A DNA stretch of 63,420 nt, counting the filler, from Olpidium bornovanus S191 (taxonomy: Eukaryota; Fungi; Olpidiomycota): assembly GCA_017911155.1 (NCBI GenBank). It is 32 parts of 32 records of this genome, joined end to end, with 100 filler letters (N's around TTAATTAATTAA, not from the genome) between each part and the next. Parts side by side here need not be neighbours in the genome. Positions count along the whole stretch, not along the records: positions 1 to 1,138 come from JAEFCI010006172.1; positions 1,239 to 3,367 come from JAEFCI010003164.1; positions 3,468 to 5,458 come from JAEFCI010005641.1; positions 5,559 to 7,899 come from JAEFCI010009290.1; positions 8,000 to 9,672 come from JAEFCI010010130.1; positions 9,773 to 12,109 come from JAEFCI010000464.1; positions 12,210 to 13,339 come from JAEFCI010011722.1; 25 more parts are not named here. One strand, written 5' to 3'. Below the pieces are notes generated by a model. The model saw only the letters and a list, made by a program, of their open reading frames with translations, did not search any database and had not been told where the DNA came from. The translations under genes were made by a program, and so were the position numbers. The first letter of the stretch is position 1, and the number at the start of each line of letters is the position of its first letter. Positions 1 through 12,529 of the stretch are shown piece by piece.

Positions 1-53
1 ACTCTCTCTCTCTTTCATTTTCTCTCTGTCTGTCTTTCTCTAAAACCACGCAC

Positions 54-609
54 CAACGCAATAAACGTAAGCACCCCGCCGGCAGCCGAGCAATAATGAA
101 ATTCGAGATAGTTGAACATGCCAGTGACCGTCCCTCCGCAGTTTTCAAGCACAAAGCGGCACCGGTCGGGTTGCAAGTGGATGCGGTCACACTGTCGGCG
201 CAAGGAATCCACGGGGCAGGGCAACGAGCAGCGTGTTCAGGGGGTTTTTCTTACCGGCCTCTCTATACCCTTCCCCCCCACGCCCCGGACTCTTCCTACT
301 CCTCCGCCCCCCGCGGCTCCCGGCCGGCGACAGGAGAGAATGAAAAAGAAATAAAACGGCCGGACAGCATACCTCGCTCTGGTCCTCAGCACTTCCCCGG
401 GAGGCGGCGACCGCCCGCCGGGCGATCACTTTGCCGACGGTGACTTTCGGGCCAGCAGTCAGCCGAAAATCTGCCATCGGGCCTACGGCGGAAACGGTGC
501 CTCGCTGCGCGGTCGTCGCTTTCCGATGGGCAAAGTAAGACGTCGGGTTGAGGAAGAGCACCAGGCCGACCACGAAGATCAGCGCGAGCGTTCCCGCGCC
601 GCCGGGCAT
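54..609 (-). CDS. Ca2+/cation (CCX/NCLX-like) exchanger, 5' part, spliced
   Basis: ATG at 609 with a hydrophobic leader (LALIFVVGLVLFL). Intron 372-192 (GTATGC...CAG) joins in frame to give EDQSE|CDRIHLQPDRCRFVLENC...GMFNYLEFHYC, resembling the Cys-rich N-terminus of CCX exchangers. Next donor GTGCGT at 53. Confidence 0.6.
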
Positions 610-1138
610 CGCGCGGGCTCCTCCCGCCCTTCCCGCCACCAAAGCCGCGAAGGCGGGCGGTTTCGCGCAGAAGAGATATTCTGGTGACGGCGGGGGGTGG
701 CGGGGAGGGAGAGAGGGGCGGACGCGCGGGCGTCGTCGTCCGAGGTGGGTGTTACGCCCGCGCGATCCTCGCGTTTTTTTGTTTTGGTGAGTTTTTTTTC
801 TAGACTTTTCTTTCGCTTTCGTTTCGCTTTTTTCTCGCGTCACCCCCGCGTCTTCCCCCGCCGCGTCCTCCCCTCTTTTCCACTTCCCCGCCGCGTCTCC
901 CCCCCTCACCGCCCCCTTTTCCTCCCAAACACGCCATCGAGCACAATCCGGCCGCCGTGCCAGGGGAAGTCATTCGATTCTGTAGAGATACCGTCAAATC
1001 AGTATTTAATCGCTGGAACGATGTAATTATGTAGTCTGAATCCATTAAACTTGATGCTGCACCCGGCAATCATTTGCGTGCAATCTCGTGATGCAGCTTT
1101 CCGTTTCAACCAAACGCGTCTCACGTAACAGGTACATG

Positions 1139-1238
1139 NNNNNNNNNNNNNNNNNNNNNNNNNNNNNNNNNNNNNNNNNNNNTTAATTAATTAANNNNNN
1201 NNNNNNNNNNNNNNNNNNNNNNNNNNNNNNNNNNNNNN
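1139..1238. other. Artificial contig-join spacer (first of 31 identical 100-nt spacers)
   Basis: 44 N + TTAATTAATTAA (stops in all six frames) + 44 N, repeated identically 31 times between 1139 and 62287. Adjacent contigs are not necessarily neighbours in the genome. Confidence 0.99.
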
Positions 1239-1563
1239 CATGGTTGCAGAAGCGGAGGCCGAACGAGACCGGGAGCGGAGAGCGTTTGTATTTCTTGCTG
1301 TTTGCGTTTGGGTGAGGGTGAAGCGTGGAAAGATTGGGCGACCTCGGCGTCAACGTCGTTGTCGGCGAAGGCGGATCGGTTAGTGCCGGCAATTGGGCAT
1401 TGGCATTGGCGGGAGGCGGAGGCGGACGTGCCGCTGGGCGTGGCCTGGCCTCGCGCGCGTCGCAGTCGCGGCGAAACGGGAATTTTCCATCTGGAAGACC
1501 GCAAAACCGAAACGGCTCCATCCCGGGCGAGACAACGCAGCAAATATTTTGCTGTCCACGCAG

Positions 1564-2748
1564 ATGGCGCCGCCGCCGCCAAAAGCAATTATTTGTTACA
1601 TAGAGCTGGCCAAAGGGGACAGGGAGGAGAACGAGAGGGAGAAGCAGGAGCACCGGAGGTTCTGCGAGTTCGTGGGTGCAAAGGGAGCATCGTACGGCTT
1701 CGCCGGAGACGCGGACAAGCTATCCGAGGAGCAGAGGGATTCCCTGCTGGAGCTGTATGCGGCGGACCCGGTTTGGCGTGCAAAGGTGCGGTTCGAACCA
1801 GGAACACCGGAAAGAAGGAGAGGTGGAGGTGCGGGCCGACGGTCAGTCAGCGAGGCTGGCTCTTTTCTGTGGGACAGGCGCGGCTGCCAAGGCCAAACGT
1901 CCCCTGCCGTGTCGGAACGGGAACGCGACCTGGAGAGGAGAGCCTGGTGCGCCGCTGCTACTCGGCCCGCCGACGAAACAGATTTCTTCGCCAATTGCGT
2001 CGCGGTCCACCACTACTGCAGGGACCCGCGCGATGCGCCAAGCCAGGCGACCTGGTTCTCGGAAGGCTGACCTTCCGGCTCTTCTTCGAGGACTGCCCGA
2101 AGGCGGCCGAGAACTTCCGCGCGCTCTGCACCGGGGAGAAAGGGGTAAGCAAGGTCGCGCCCAAGAAGCCGCTCTACTACAAGGGGTGCTGCATGCACAG
2201 GCTGGTCAAGGGTTTCGTCCTGCAGGGCGGCGACGTGGGGTCTGTGCCGCCCCTTTTTTTCGATGCGATTTTTTCAATATGTTGGCTCGTGTTGTTTCGT
2301 GGGACGCGAAGAGAGAGATAGAGAGAGATAGACAGACAAAGAGAGAGAGATAAATCAAGACACGGGGGGCTTTTGTTGGCTGAAACCGCTCTTAAAAACA
2401 TTTCTCAGCCGCGGCGACGGGTCGGGGAAGCTTTCAATATACGGCGGCGCGTTCAAGGACGAGAAGGCCGGCCTCCTCAAGCACCGGTTCGCCGGTCGCG
2501 GCTACCTCGGCATGGCGAACTCCGGGAAAGACTCGAACACTAGCCAGTTCTTCATAACCGTCTCCCCCGACCCGTCACTGCTCGCCAAGCTGAACGGGAA
2601 GCACGTCTGCTTCGGTGTCGTGGACGACGAAAGCGACCCCACCGCGAAGAGCGTCCTGGACGCGCTGGAGCGGCTGGAACAAAAAAGCCCCCGAGACGAG
2701 TCGCCGGCGGAGGAAATATGGATACACGACTGCGGCCAGATACTGTGA
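1564..2748 (+). CDS. Cyclophilin-type peptidyl-prolyl isomerase with N-terminal extension, 3 exons
   Basis: Motifs [67 protein letters not shown] ends at 2748. Confidence 0.92.
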
Positions 2749-3469
2749 GTTTGCAAATAAAAAAGTAAAGTAAGACAAAATAAAATACAATAAAATAAAA
2801 TGAAATGAAAAATAAATGAAAGCTCCCGCGTGAACCCAACAGCCGGTAAACAAAACGCCTCCCGTTCTCTTTTCGTCGCGAAACGGCCCTCTCGCCTTTT
2901 TGGCCGTGGCTGAAGGGGAAAGGGGGGAGGGAGGGCTGTAGAACAAGGGTCACAATTCTCGGGTAGTGGAAGCAGGAAGCTTTTGTGGCCGGGACGACCG
3001 AGCCTTCGAGCCGTACGGGTGGACAGCGGGAGTCACGCCGCTATGCTGAATATATTAGCCGCGGAAGCGCGCGTCTGGCCTTCCGCGAAGGCCATCATTC
3101 GCCCGATGGGGAAGTGGGGAGGGGGGGTGGGGTGGGTGTGACTGTTGGCGCAAAGGCATGTCTCGTCGGGAGATTGGTTTTTTCTCCACATTATACCGCA
3201 GAAGAGCGGCATATTCTTCGACCGCCGCGTTCCCCGGGGCATAATTTTTGGTCGGGAACGTGCACATAGGGCCCGCAGGCGCACGGAAACAAACTCCTCG
3301 TCGTTTCGGGCGAAGCCACCTCTTGGCAAAACGTCGCACTCTGAATTTCTTGAGTATCTTGCCCCCCNNNNNNNNNNNNNNNNNNNNNNNNNNNNNNNNN
3401 NNNNNNNNNNNTTAATTAATTAANNNNNNNNNNNNNNNNNNNNNNNNNNNNNNNNNNNNNNNNNNNNCG

Positions 3470-4314
3470 CAGATCGCCCAAACGCTTTGCCAGTTCGGAA
3501 TGCTTTTGCGGGCTCAGGTTTGTGACCGTGTCAGGGCGTGAAATTACGAGTCGTAAAAAAAAAGGGTGACCGGAGTTGAGAGCACATGTGTGCGAAATTT
3601 GCAGAGCATCAGACACCTTTTCCGCCGGACACCAGTGCGGCCCTCACTTTGCATGCATGTATTGAGCTGGGCAGGCTTTGCCACATGACGACGGCTTGCC
3701 GCGTGAGGTGGTTGACGGCCAAGTCGAAGGCCTCGCTGTCGAAGCCGGCACGTCTCGCTGCCATTTCCAACTTGCTGATGAAGCTGCACAGTGGCGTTGC
3801 GCCGCCTGTCCCGCTGTACGTTGGGATTGCCCCTAGCAACGTTCTTGCCAGTAGTGCGTTCAGTGGCGCTTGCCCGTCTTCGGCGGGTTCCTCGTTGGAG
3901 TCCTCGCCTTCGAAATCTCCTTTGAGGGCGTTGTCTGTGGTGGCGATTTCCGCCACCGTGTCCTCTAGGTCTTTATCCGTTCGACATGCTTGCCTTCTCC
4001 TCAGTCAGTTGCTTTTGGAGAGCGGCAACCTTGTTCGTTGCGGAGGGTTTCTCCCTGTGGCGTCTCGCAAAAGCTCCCGTTGGAGTAGGACCGAGTCCAC
4101 GATTTGTTGTGACTTGGTGGATAGTCTTGACGAGACCGAGAGCCGTGATGACGCGTCCGATGCCGCCAACTCGACGAACGAATTTTGCGGGCGTTTCATG
4201 GCGGCGTCGAGGCGTTGCCCCCCTCTTCCCCTCTCCGGGAAAAATGAGTGAAGAAGCGCGCTCTGTCGTTTTCTGGGGTTTTCTTGAGCTCGCCCGGCGT
4301 GGTCGACAGGCCAA
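3470..4314 (-). mobile_element. Degenerate LTR-retrotransposon (Ty3/gypsy-like) Gag relic
   Basis: IPTYSGTGGATPLCSFISKLEMAARRAGFDSEAFDLAVNHLTRQAVVMWQSL matches the Gag capsid pattern (P.F.G....F....E....L...A..W). An upstream coiled-coil and a downstream LVISRPDTV..HSELAKRL segment lie in other frames, implying frameshifts and stops. Confidence 0.55.
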
Positions 4315-4479
4315 ACCACGGTTGCTGCGGGCGTTCGCCTTGTTCGAACTAAGCGGTTAGTCAGAACCCCTCAATGTACCACTATTACTACCTGTACCGT
4401 GCGCGAACGCGTCGAATAGAATTCTTCCAACGGCGAAAAACCCGACGGCGAAGCCCGCAGCGGGCCTCCCGCCGCCTTC

Positions 4480-5160
4480 GTACCCGCTCCCAGCTGCGGC
4501 CATCTCCGCAGCCGCCGCCGCTCTGTGTCGCCGCCGCTTTGTGTCACCGCCGCCTGCTGACACTCCCGTGGCCCGCACGCCATCGTTTTTCTTGCGATCG
4601 CCTCTGCGGCCCGTGCCCTGCGTTTTTTCGCCCGTCCCGCAGCGCCGCAGCGCCGGTCTCCCCTTTTCGACGACGCTCATCGCCATCGCCGGCGTCCGTC
4701 GCAGCCGCAGCGCCGCTCTCCGCTCTCCCCCGCAACGCCGCTCCCGCGGCGCCGCTCTCCGCTCTTCCCCGCAGCGCCGCTCTCCGCACCGCCGCAGCGC
4801 CGCTCTCCGCCGCTCCGCCGCAGCGCCGCAGCGTTGCAGGCTCTCCGCCCTCGCCCGCCTGCCATTCCATTTTGATCGCCTCTGCGGCCCGTCCCCTGCG
4901 CCTTCGCCGACCGCCATCGCCGTCGCCAACCCATCGCCGTCGCCAACCCATCGCCGTCGCCAACCCATCGCCGTCGCCAACCCATCGCCGTCGCCGACCG
5001 CCACCGACCGCCGCCGCCGTCACCGACCGCCGCCGCCGTCACCGACCGCCGCCGCCGTCACCGACCGCCGCCGCCGACCGCCACCGCCGTCGCCGACCGC
5101 CCATCGCCGTCGCCGACCGAGCACCGTCGCCAACCCGTCGCCGTCGCCGCCCGTCGTCGT
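4480..5160. repeat. Composite GC-rich minisatellite
   Basis: About 5 copies of 17-bp CCATCGCCGTCGCCAAC (~4914-4995), 3-4 copies of 19-bp CACCGACCGCCGCCGCCGT (~5002-5075), CGCCGCTCTCCGC units (~4700-4850), and a duplicated GATCGCCTCTGCGGCCCGT segment. Confidence 0.9.
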
Positions 5161-5558
5161 TACCGCGGGGCATCTCCAACATGCCACACGACAAAGGCGA
5201 GCCGGCAAGTGCTTTTAAGCCAGACAACGGCGCAATCTTCTCACGCCATGGTCCTCTTGGTGGGGTGACTACTCCTCCTCCAGAAGATCTGTTTCCCCAA
5301 GATATTTCCTTAGACTAACGTTTCGAGGATATGCACCTCAAAGGACAATCAAGCTTTAAAAGACGACAATGAGATCTTGCGAGCGCAGGTTGCATCGTTA
5401 ACTCGAAAACAAGAACTGGCCGAACGGGCCGCCAAGTCACAAGGAAACACAATCATGCNNNNNNNNNNNNNNNNNNNNNNNNNNNNNNNNNNNNNNNNNN
5501 NNTTAATTAATTAANNNNNNNNNNNNNNNNNNNNNNNNNNNNNNNNNNNNNNNNNNNN

Positions 5559-7260
5559 TCGTGATGCACAACGCCGTGACCGTGGATGTACGTCAGCGCG
5601 TCGGCGAGCTCGCGTGCCCACTTCATCCAGAGCCTGGGACCGACAAGGTGATGGTTGCAGCGCAGCCAGTCCATCATGGACGCGCCGGAGCAGTACTCTA
5701 AGACAAGAAGGAGTCGAGGACACGGATTTTCGATCCGCATCGAGCCCAGCCCATCACTGCTGCGCGTCCCCTTGACCATAACCGCCGCCGACGCAACTAC
5801 GTCCGACGGCGGCCGGGTCGCACCGGACGACTGCGGATCCTTGTACGGATGGCTGTTTTTGTCTCCCGCCTCCTCTGCCTCGTCCTTGACGCCGATGAGA
5901 CGGATGATGTTCTGGTGCTGCTGGAACGCCGACAGCCGGTTGAGCACAAAAGCTTCCGCCAGGGCGAGAGACTGCGCGTGCGGATTAGCGTGCACTCGCT
6001 TCACTGCGCAGATACGGAGGGTCTGGTTGTCCGCTGTCCTGTACGTGGCGCGGAACACTTCGGCGTTACGACCCTCGCCCAGGAAACTGCGTTTCCGAGC
6101 GAAATGGACCGCGTTTTCGGCGAAAAGAACGACGTTAGCAGCAGTTCCAGTGACCGCCGCGGGGAAAACGCGGAACGAAGACGCAGTCAAAGTCGGTAGT
6201 GGCGAGACAGCATGCGTTCAACCCGGGGGGGGGGGGACTCCTGCAACAGCCGCCCCGACCGGCCCGCAAACGCGACTCACTTTTTTCTTGTGGGGAGAAA
6301 AAGCAGCGTCAGCTCCGACGTAGGGGTAAGCAGCGGGCGGGAACTTGGGCAGCTGTCGAACACGGCGGGGGTCGCCGACGTCGTGAGCTGAGGGGAAGAC
6401 AGCGAGAGGACAGGCCTGGCGCCGGCGGTCGCAGACGGCCCTTGCTGTTCTCCGTCGACCGCGCCGTCCACCAGCGGCGACTTGGTCTCGACTGGGCGGA
6501 CGACCAATCGGTCGCCGATGAAGGCATCCACGCAACCGCAAGCTTGCGTCCGGGGCGGCTCCGCGTTGCGCGGCTCGGCGGAGGGCGGCCACTGGTTTCC
6601 TCCTCCGCCTTCTCGCTGCGCGGTTCCCGGCGGTGCGTCGGCCTCGGGCGGAGTCGGCGATTTTTTGTTGAGGACGATCGACGGCGGAGGGCGGAGGCTG
6701 GGAGCCGAGCTGGGCGGCGTGTTGAATATGGAATTCCTCGACACCCTCGACGAATTCCTGGCTGCGCCGCTTCCCGGGTGCGCAGCGATCCCTCCGTCAA
6801 GGTCGTTGCCGCTCCTTCCTCGAAACAGGCTCCTCGGCGGCGGTACGGGGCTGGAGTAGTCGAAGGTCGAGTTCTTGGACTTGAGCACCGGCGTCTGGTT
6901 CTGGAGCACAGCCTCGACCTGCCGGCCGCGCGGGTGGGTGGTGCGCCTGTCGCTCCCGCCGACGCAGGCGCAGCTCTGGTCGGCCTCGCATGCGTCGCCG
7001 CCGTCGTAGAATATCGAGTTGGTCTTGAACCCGTACTTGTCCCGGACCTCCGGCGGTCTCTCAAGGCCGCGAGGGTGGTATAGGAGCGACGTCGACGGGC
7101 CCCGATCTCCGGCCCCCGCGGCCGGCGAGTCCCGGTCCCTGGGCGCCCCGGCGTACGACGACAGAGGGTCCCTCTGGAACTGGCGCAGCGCGGCGGAGTC
7201 GATGTCCACGAAGCCTCTTGACGTGGGCGGCGGCGCCGACAGGGTCGACTGCACCCGCAT
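5559..7260 (-). CDS. Protein kinase with long disordered N-terminus, 5' part
   Basis: GCC-ATG at 7260. Gly loop LGEGRNAEVF, CAVK lysine, alphaC Glu (LAEAFVL), LVLEYC hinge, and IHGHGVVHH(D) catalytic loop cut by the contig end (HHD, non-RD type). Confidence 0.88.
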
Positions 7261-7763
7261 GGCGATCACAAGCAGCCCGGGAGTCGCGGCGCGGCGGGGC
7301 GGGACGGGGGCGGGTGGGGCGAGGGGAGGGGGGTGTGGTGGGGTTATATTCCCCGTACCCACTTTCCCTGCGGGTCCCTCGTTGACGTTCCCTCCTCCGC
7401 CTTCCTCTCGTCCCGTTCCTCTTCTCTCTTCTCGACGTCGACCTCTCTCTCCCCTTGGCTCCTTTTGGTGGAAGGGGGGGGGGGGGGGGGGGGCCCCGGG
7501 GAGGGGGGGGGGGGGGGGCCGGGGGGGGGGGGGGGGGGGGTGGGGGGACCCTGGGAAGCGCGGGGCGGATAGCCGGGGCGGCGGTCGGCGGCGGTTCTGC
7601 CGGAGGGGGGGGCGACAGAAGTTTTCCGTTTCGTGCGCTTTCCCGGCTGCCCGAAAGATGCGTTTTTTTATTTTTTTTTTTTTTTTTTTTTATTTTTTTT
7701 CCCTTTCTACTGCGGACGGACGGGAAAGAGAGAGAGTAGAGAGAGATAAGGGGGCGGAGGAAA

Positions 7764-7806
<43 letters not shown>

Positions 7807-7808
7807 GG

Positions 7809-7851
<43 letters not shown>

Positions 7852-8097
7852 GGTGGAAGAAGAGGGGGAGAGCAAAGGGGGCGAACAGGGAAAAAAAAAN
7901 NNNNNNNNNNNNNNNNNNNNNNNNNNNNNNNNNNNNNNNNNNNTTAATTAATTAANNNNNNNNNNNNNNNNNNNNNNNNNNNNNNNNNNNNNNNNNNNNA
8001 TAAAAAATAAAAAGAAAAATAAAAAATAAAAAAGGGAAAAAACGGAAAAAAAACCACCATCTCCGCGTTTTCGGGAGAGGGAGAGGAAGGCTCGTAC

Positions 8098-9161
8098 CCG
8101 GCTGGCGGCCGTGTGCGCGGTAATGGAATGGATCATCCAGCCGCCGGAACCGGCCAAGAGAGGCAGGCACGCGAGCATGACGAGGGACATGCGCCAGCTC
8201 TGCACGAAAGCGACGGCGAACCCGGCGGCGAACTGGGCGGCGGACTGCAGGATCGCCCCGACGTTCTCGCTGATCCCCTGCTGCACCACTTGGGTGTCCT
8301 GGGCGAGGCGTGTCGTCAACGAGCCGTCTTCGCTCGCGTCGAACCAGCCCATGTCCTGCCGCAGGACGGCCTGCACGTATGCCTCGCGTATACGCTGCAT
8401 TTCCCGAAAGCCGAGCGCGGTTGGGAGAAAAGGAGGCGTGGGCGATGAGCTTGCGGCCCCCGTCGACCGACGTCGTCAACACCCGCGGCGTGCCTTTTAT
8501 CTTTTCTTTTCTTTCTTTCTTCTTTCGTTTACCTTGGTCTGGTTCTCGCCGGTCAAGACCCAACACATTTGGCAGACGTAACCGCCGACAAATTGAGCAA
8601 CGCCGCAGCCGACGATCAGCAAGATCGTCGGCATGACGTCGTCCATAAGGTTTCGAGTGTTCATGTAAACCGGGTCTTGAGCGTTCCGCATCGCCACGAG
8701 GAGCGGTTCCATGATAAGGAAAAACAACGGAAACAGCGCGCCCACCAACACGCTGATAAGACCAGCAATGCTTTTTTTGTTTTCGACGAAACAAGCGGAA
8801 GAAGGGAATGCCGGTTTGTCAGTTTCAGTCGGCGGAGCCCCCCCCCCCTTCTCCCCCTTCCCCCCCCCCTTCCCCGCACGCACGCATTCACGCACTGATC
8901 CCGCCAACACACACACACACCGCCGCCGGCGAAAAAGCGCGGCGGGGGGCGAGATCGCGAGCGCGCGGTGGTGGCGGCGGTGGTTGCACGCAATTGGACT
9001 TACGCGATGACAACGAGGTCTAAGTTGGACGCGAAGCGCCACAGCGCGAGGACGGGGACAGCGTCGGGGCGGGGCGCACACTTCCTGGGCACAAGCGTCT
9101 CGCTGCCGACCGAGACGCCGTCGTCCGCGGGCGCAACGGACGGCACGTCTGCTGCGGTCAT
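8098..9161 (-). CDS. ABCB (MDR/P-glycoprotein) transporter, N-terminal transmembrane domain, spliced
   Basis: LWRFASNLDLVVIA|IAGLISVLVGALFP, GENQTK|RIREAYVQAVLRQDMGWFD, GSLTTRLAQDTQVVQQGISENVG, SWRMSLVMLACLPLL. Confidence 0.92.
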
Positions 9162-9590
9162 TTTTCTCGAGTTTTTTTCTTTGTTTTTTTTTTCCGTTTC
9201 CCTGGCGGCGGGCCGGGGTCGCGTGTGGAAACGGGCTCTCTCCGGCGGAAAAGAACAAGCCCCCTGGGGAAGAAGGGAAGGGGGTGTGAGGTGAGTGGGG
9301 CGGGTTTTATCGCAATATTATTTCTCTTTTTTTTTTTTTTAACTTTACTCCTGTTTGGCCAATCCAACGGGGCCCTCCCCCCTTTTTTTTTTCGCCTCCC
9401 TCGAGCCCCCTTTTCCCCGCCCCCTATCATACCGCCCGCCCGCCGCCCCCTCATTCGAACTCCGCCCTCCGCCTGCCGCCCCCCCTTTTCCCCCCTCATC
9501 CCCTTTTGCCCTCCCCGTCGTCGTTGTCTCCTCCTCTTCCTCCTCCTCATCCTCCTCCTCCTCCTCATCCTCCTCCTCCTCCTCCGTCCC

Positions 9591-9655
<65 letters not shown>

Positions 9656-9772
9656 ACCCCCCCCCGCCCGCANNNNNNNNNNNNNNNNNNNNNNNNNNNN
9701 NNNNNNNNNNNNNNNNTTAATTAATTAANNNNNNNNNNNNNNNNNNNNNNNNNNNNNNNNNNNNNNNNNNNN

Positions 9773-11730
9773 CATGAAGCCGGTAATGTTTTGGAGAAAA
9801 ACGAGGGGAATGCCACGAATTGCACAGAGTTCGACGAAGTGGGCGCCCTTCAACGCCGACTCCGAGAACAAAATCCCGTTGTTTGCGACGATGCCAACTG
9901 GGTAGCCGTGTAAACGGGCAAAACCGGTAACGAGGGTGGCTCCATAATGTTCCTTAAATTCCGCGAATCGCGAGCCATCCACCAGTCTTGCAATGACGGA
10001 CTTGACATCGAAAGGCTTCCGCAAATTTGTTCCCACAATGCCGCCAATCTCCGATGCGGGGTAAAGCGGGTCTTCGGGCGGCAGCATCGTCACCTAACAT
10101 AGAGGGGAGGATATTAATACCCCCCGAACAACGGCTTTTCGGTCAAGTTGAAGGCAGCAAAGAATGCATACTTGCGGCTCCTTTCTAATATTTAAATTAG
10201 CTACAACTCTTCGCGCCAGCACGAGGGCGTGTTCGTCATCGAGAGCGTAATGATCCGTCACGCCGGAAGTGCGGCAGTGTAGATCTGCACCTCCCAAGTC
10301 TTCAGCGGAAACGACTTCACCGGTCGCCGCTCGAACCTAGTTTCAGCAGATCAGCGCCGAGACCTGCGAAGTAGCGTCCAAGGAGGAAAATTATGTGTAG
10401 CAACGAAACAGCAAAGACTTAGGCTTACCAACGGCGGCCCACCAAGAAAGATTGTTCCTTGCGACTTGACAATAATATTTTCGTCAGCCATCGCGGGAAC
10501 GTACGCTCCACCGGCTGTGCAGGAACCCATGACGACGGCGATCTGGGGAATTCCCTGAGCAGACATCGTCGCCTGGTTGTAAAAGATGCGTCCAAAGTGA
10601 TCGCGATCCGGGAACACGTCCGCTTGTCGCGGAAGGTTTGCTCCGCCTGAATCAACTGCAAAGGAGGTACTCGACGAACGACAACCGGTGAGGCGATGAG
10701 AAAAGCCAAACTTCAATTACAACGCTTTATTTATAGCAGCTCACCCAGGTACACGCAAGGCAGCCGGTTTTCACGCGCAATCTCCTGCGCCCTCAGATGC
10801 TTCTTGACAGTAATCGGATAGTACGTCCCGCCTTTAACCGTGGGGTCATTAGCGACAACTAAACACTCAATTCTACGGATACGCACAAATTAGACAGGGT
10901 GTTTCCAGTTCCGCCCCTCTTTCAGAAGAGCATGACGGCGCCAACTTCGTACCCGCTGACACGTCCTATTCCTGTAATGAGACCCCCAGATGGAACTTCC
11001 TCGTCATATAGCTCCCACCCAGCAAATTGTGACAGTTCCATGAACGGAGAACTATAATGCAATGCCATCCGTCGGAATGAGCCTCGAGCGAAGCAAGCAC
11101 CTTAACTTCCGCAACAACATACCCGTTGTCTATCAATCGTGTCACGCTGTACGGGAGAAGACTACTTCAGCGTTTCGGCGACGGCGCGGCGGTGGGGACA
11201 GAAATCCTCCTGGAAACGATACCGATCGCGCGGAAGAATCTTTTTCCTGTCCGTGTGCCGCTTCCTTGCTACCGGTCCGCCGCCTAGTGCGCCAAAGCAA
11301 GTCAAGGTCATTTCTTTTGTGTCGCTCGTTGCCCGAATGGGTTAACGTCTTTTTCTGTGTAAACAGAAGACGTCCAACTAAGCGTCTGGGACGGCGCACC
11401 CATTTTAATCTTCTCCACGTCTCGGCCGAGGCGATCGACCAATTCCGCCATCGCGGCCGCGTTGGTCTTAAAGTCCGGCGACGTCTTGTCCACAGTGTCG
11501 TTCATCACCGACGCCTGTTTCTCGTGGAGCGAGTGGTATGCTCGGAGGTGCAAGCGCCACGGCGACAACGCAGACGACGCCTCCGGACGTCCACATGCGC
11601 CGCGTGAGGCAGCCACGGCGCCACGTGGATGGACACGCGCAGAGCCGCAAGCACGCGCGGTCATCCGGCATCTCAGGAGCGGCCCAGCCGGAAACGGCTT
11701 GCGGCACAGGCGAAGGTGATAAGGGAGCAT
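9773..11730 (-). CDS. MCCC2: 3-methylcrotonyl-CoA carboxylase beta subunit, mitochondrial, multi-exon, 3' truncated
   Basis: [105 protein letters not shown] chose ATG 11730 because it begins an Arg-rich targeting peptide; an upstream in-frame ATG at 11991 is possible. Confidence 0.95.
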
Positions 11731-12486
11731 ATCCGCAGACTGCGCAGGCGGCGCAAGAAGCTGCGGTCGACTGGGCGGTGGTTTGACGGGGAGGCCTTTG
11801 CTGCTGCTGCTGCTCTTCACAAAAACGCGCCAGGAAAGCGGGCTGGGCGCGCTCTTAGCCAGCCGGACGCACGGAGTTGTGGGCGCGCGCCATTCGGGGG
11901 CCCCCAAGGAGTCACGTGACCCGCTTTTCTCTCCGCCCGGCAAGCTCGGAAAGCCGGAGCGAGCGGGCTGAGGGAGCGCGGGCGAGCGCATGACACTCTC
12001 TGGCCCGCGGAACGGAGTCGGCGCGACGCCACACCGGGAGAACACGTGTACGATACAGTATCTGCGCTCGTCGCCGGCGCGTTGGACAGCCTCCACATGG
12101 CGGGTGACGNNNNNNNNNNNNNNNNNNNNNNNNNNNNNNNNNNNNNNNNNNNNTTAATTAATTAANNNNNNNNNNNNNNNNNNNNNNNNNNNNNNNNNNN
12201 NNNNNNNNNCCTCTGCCGCGCCCCCCTCGCTCAATTCACTCTCGGGCTCCCCCACTTCCCCTGCTCTCCCTTCCCCCGGCGCGCTCGCGCGCGCGCGACG
12301 AGACCTTCCTGTGTAGAACCGCGTCAGATTTTTTTAATCCTGCAGCCCGACATACAGGAGAGTTTCCGGATGCCAAGAAAAGGACCTCCTTTCCCACCCT
12401 CGGCCACCAAGGCAAATTTGATTCATCCCCCCCCTCCCCCCCCCCAAAAAAACAAACACGGGGTTTCCCCCTTTTTCCACTGCACC

Positions 12487-12529
<43 letters not shown>

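Noticed and set aside
1183-1194. TTAATTAATTAA motif recurring 31 times
   Set aside because: Always centred in identical N padding. It is a synthetic six-frame-stop linker, not a biological repeat.
4363-4381. Candidate primer-binding site (minus strand TGGTACATTGAGGGGTTC) upstream of the Gag relic
   Set aside because: It starts with TGG, but the implied tRNA 3' end does not put the invariant C61 in register and no adjacent LTR-terminal CA is evident.
9355-9728. Poly-Pro, poly-Gly, poly-Lys and poly-Phe ORFs in the ORF track
   Set aside because: These are translations of homopolymer runs at contig ends, not proteins.
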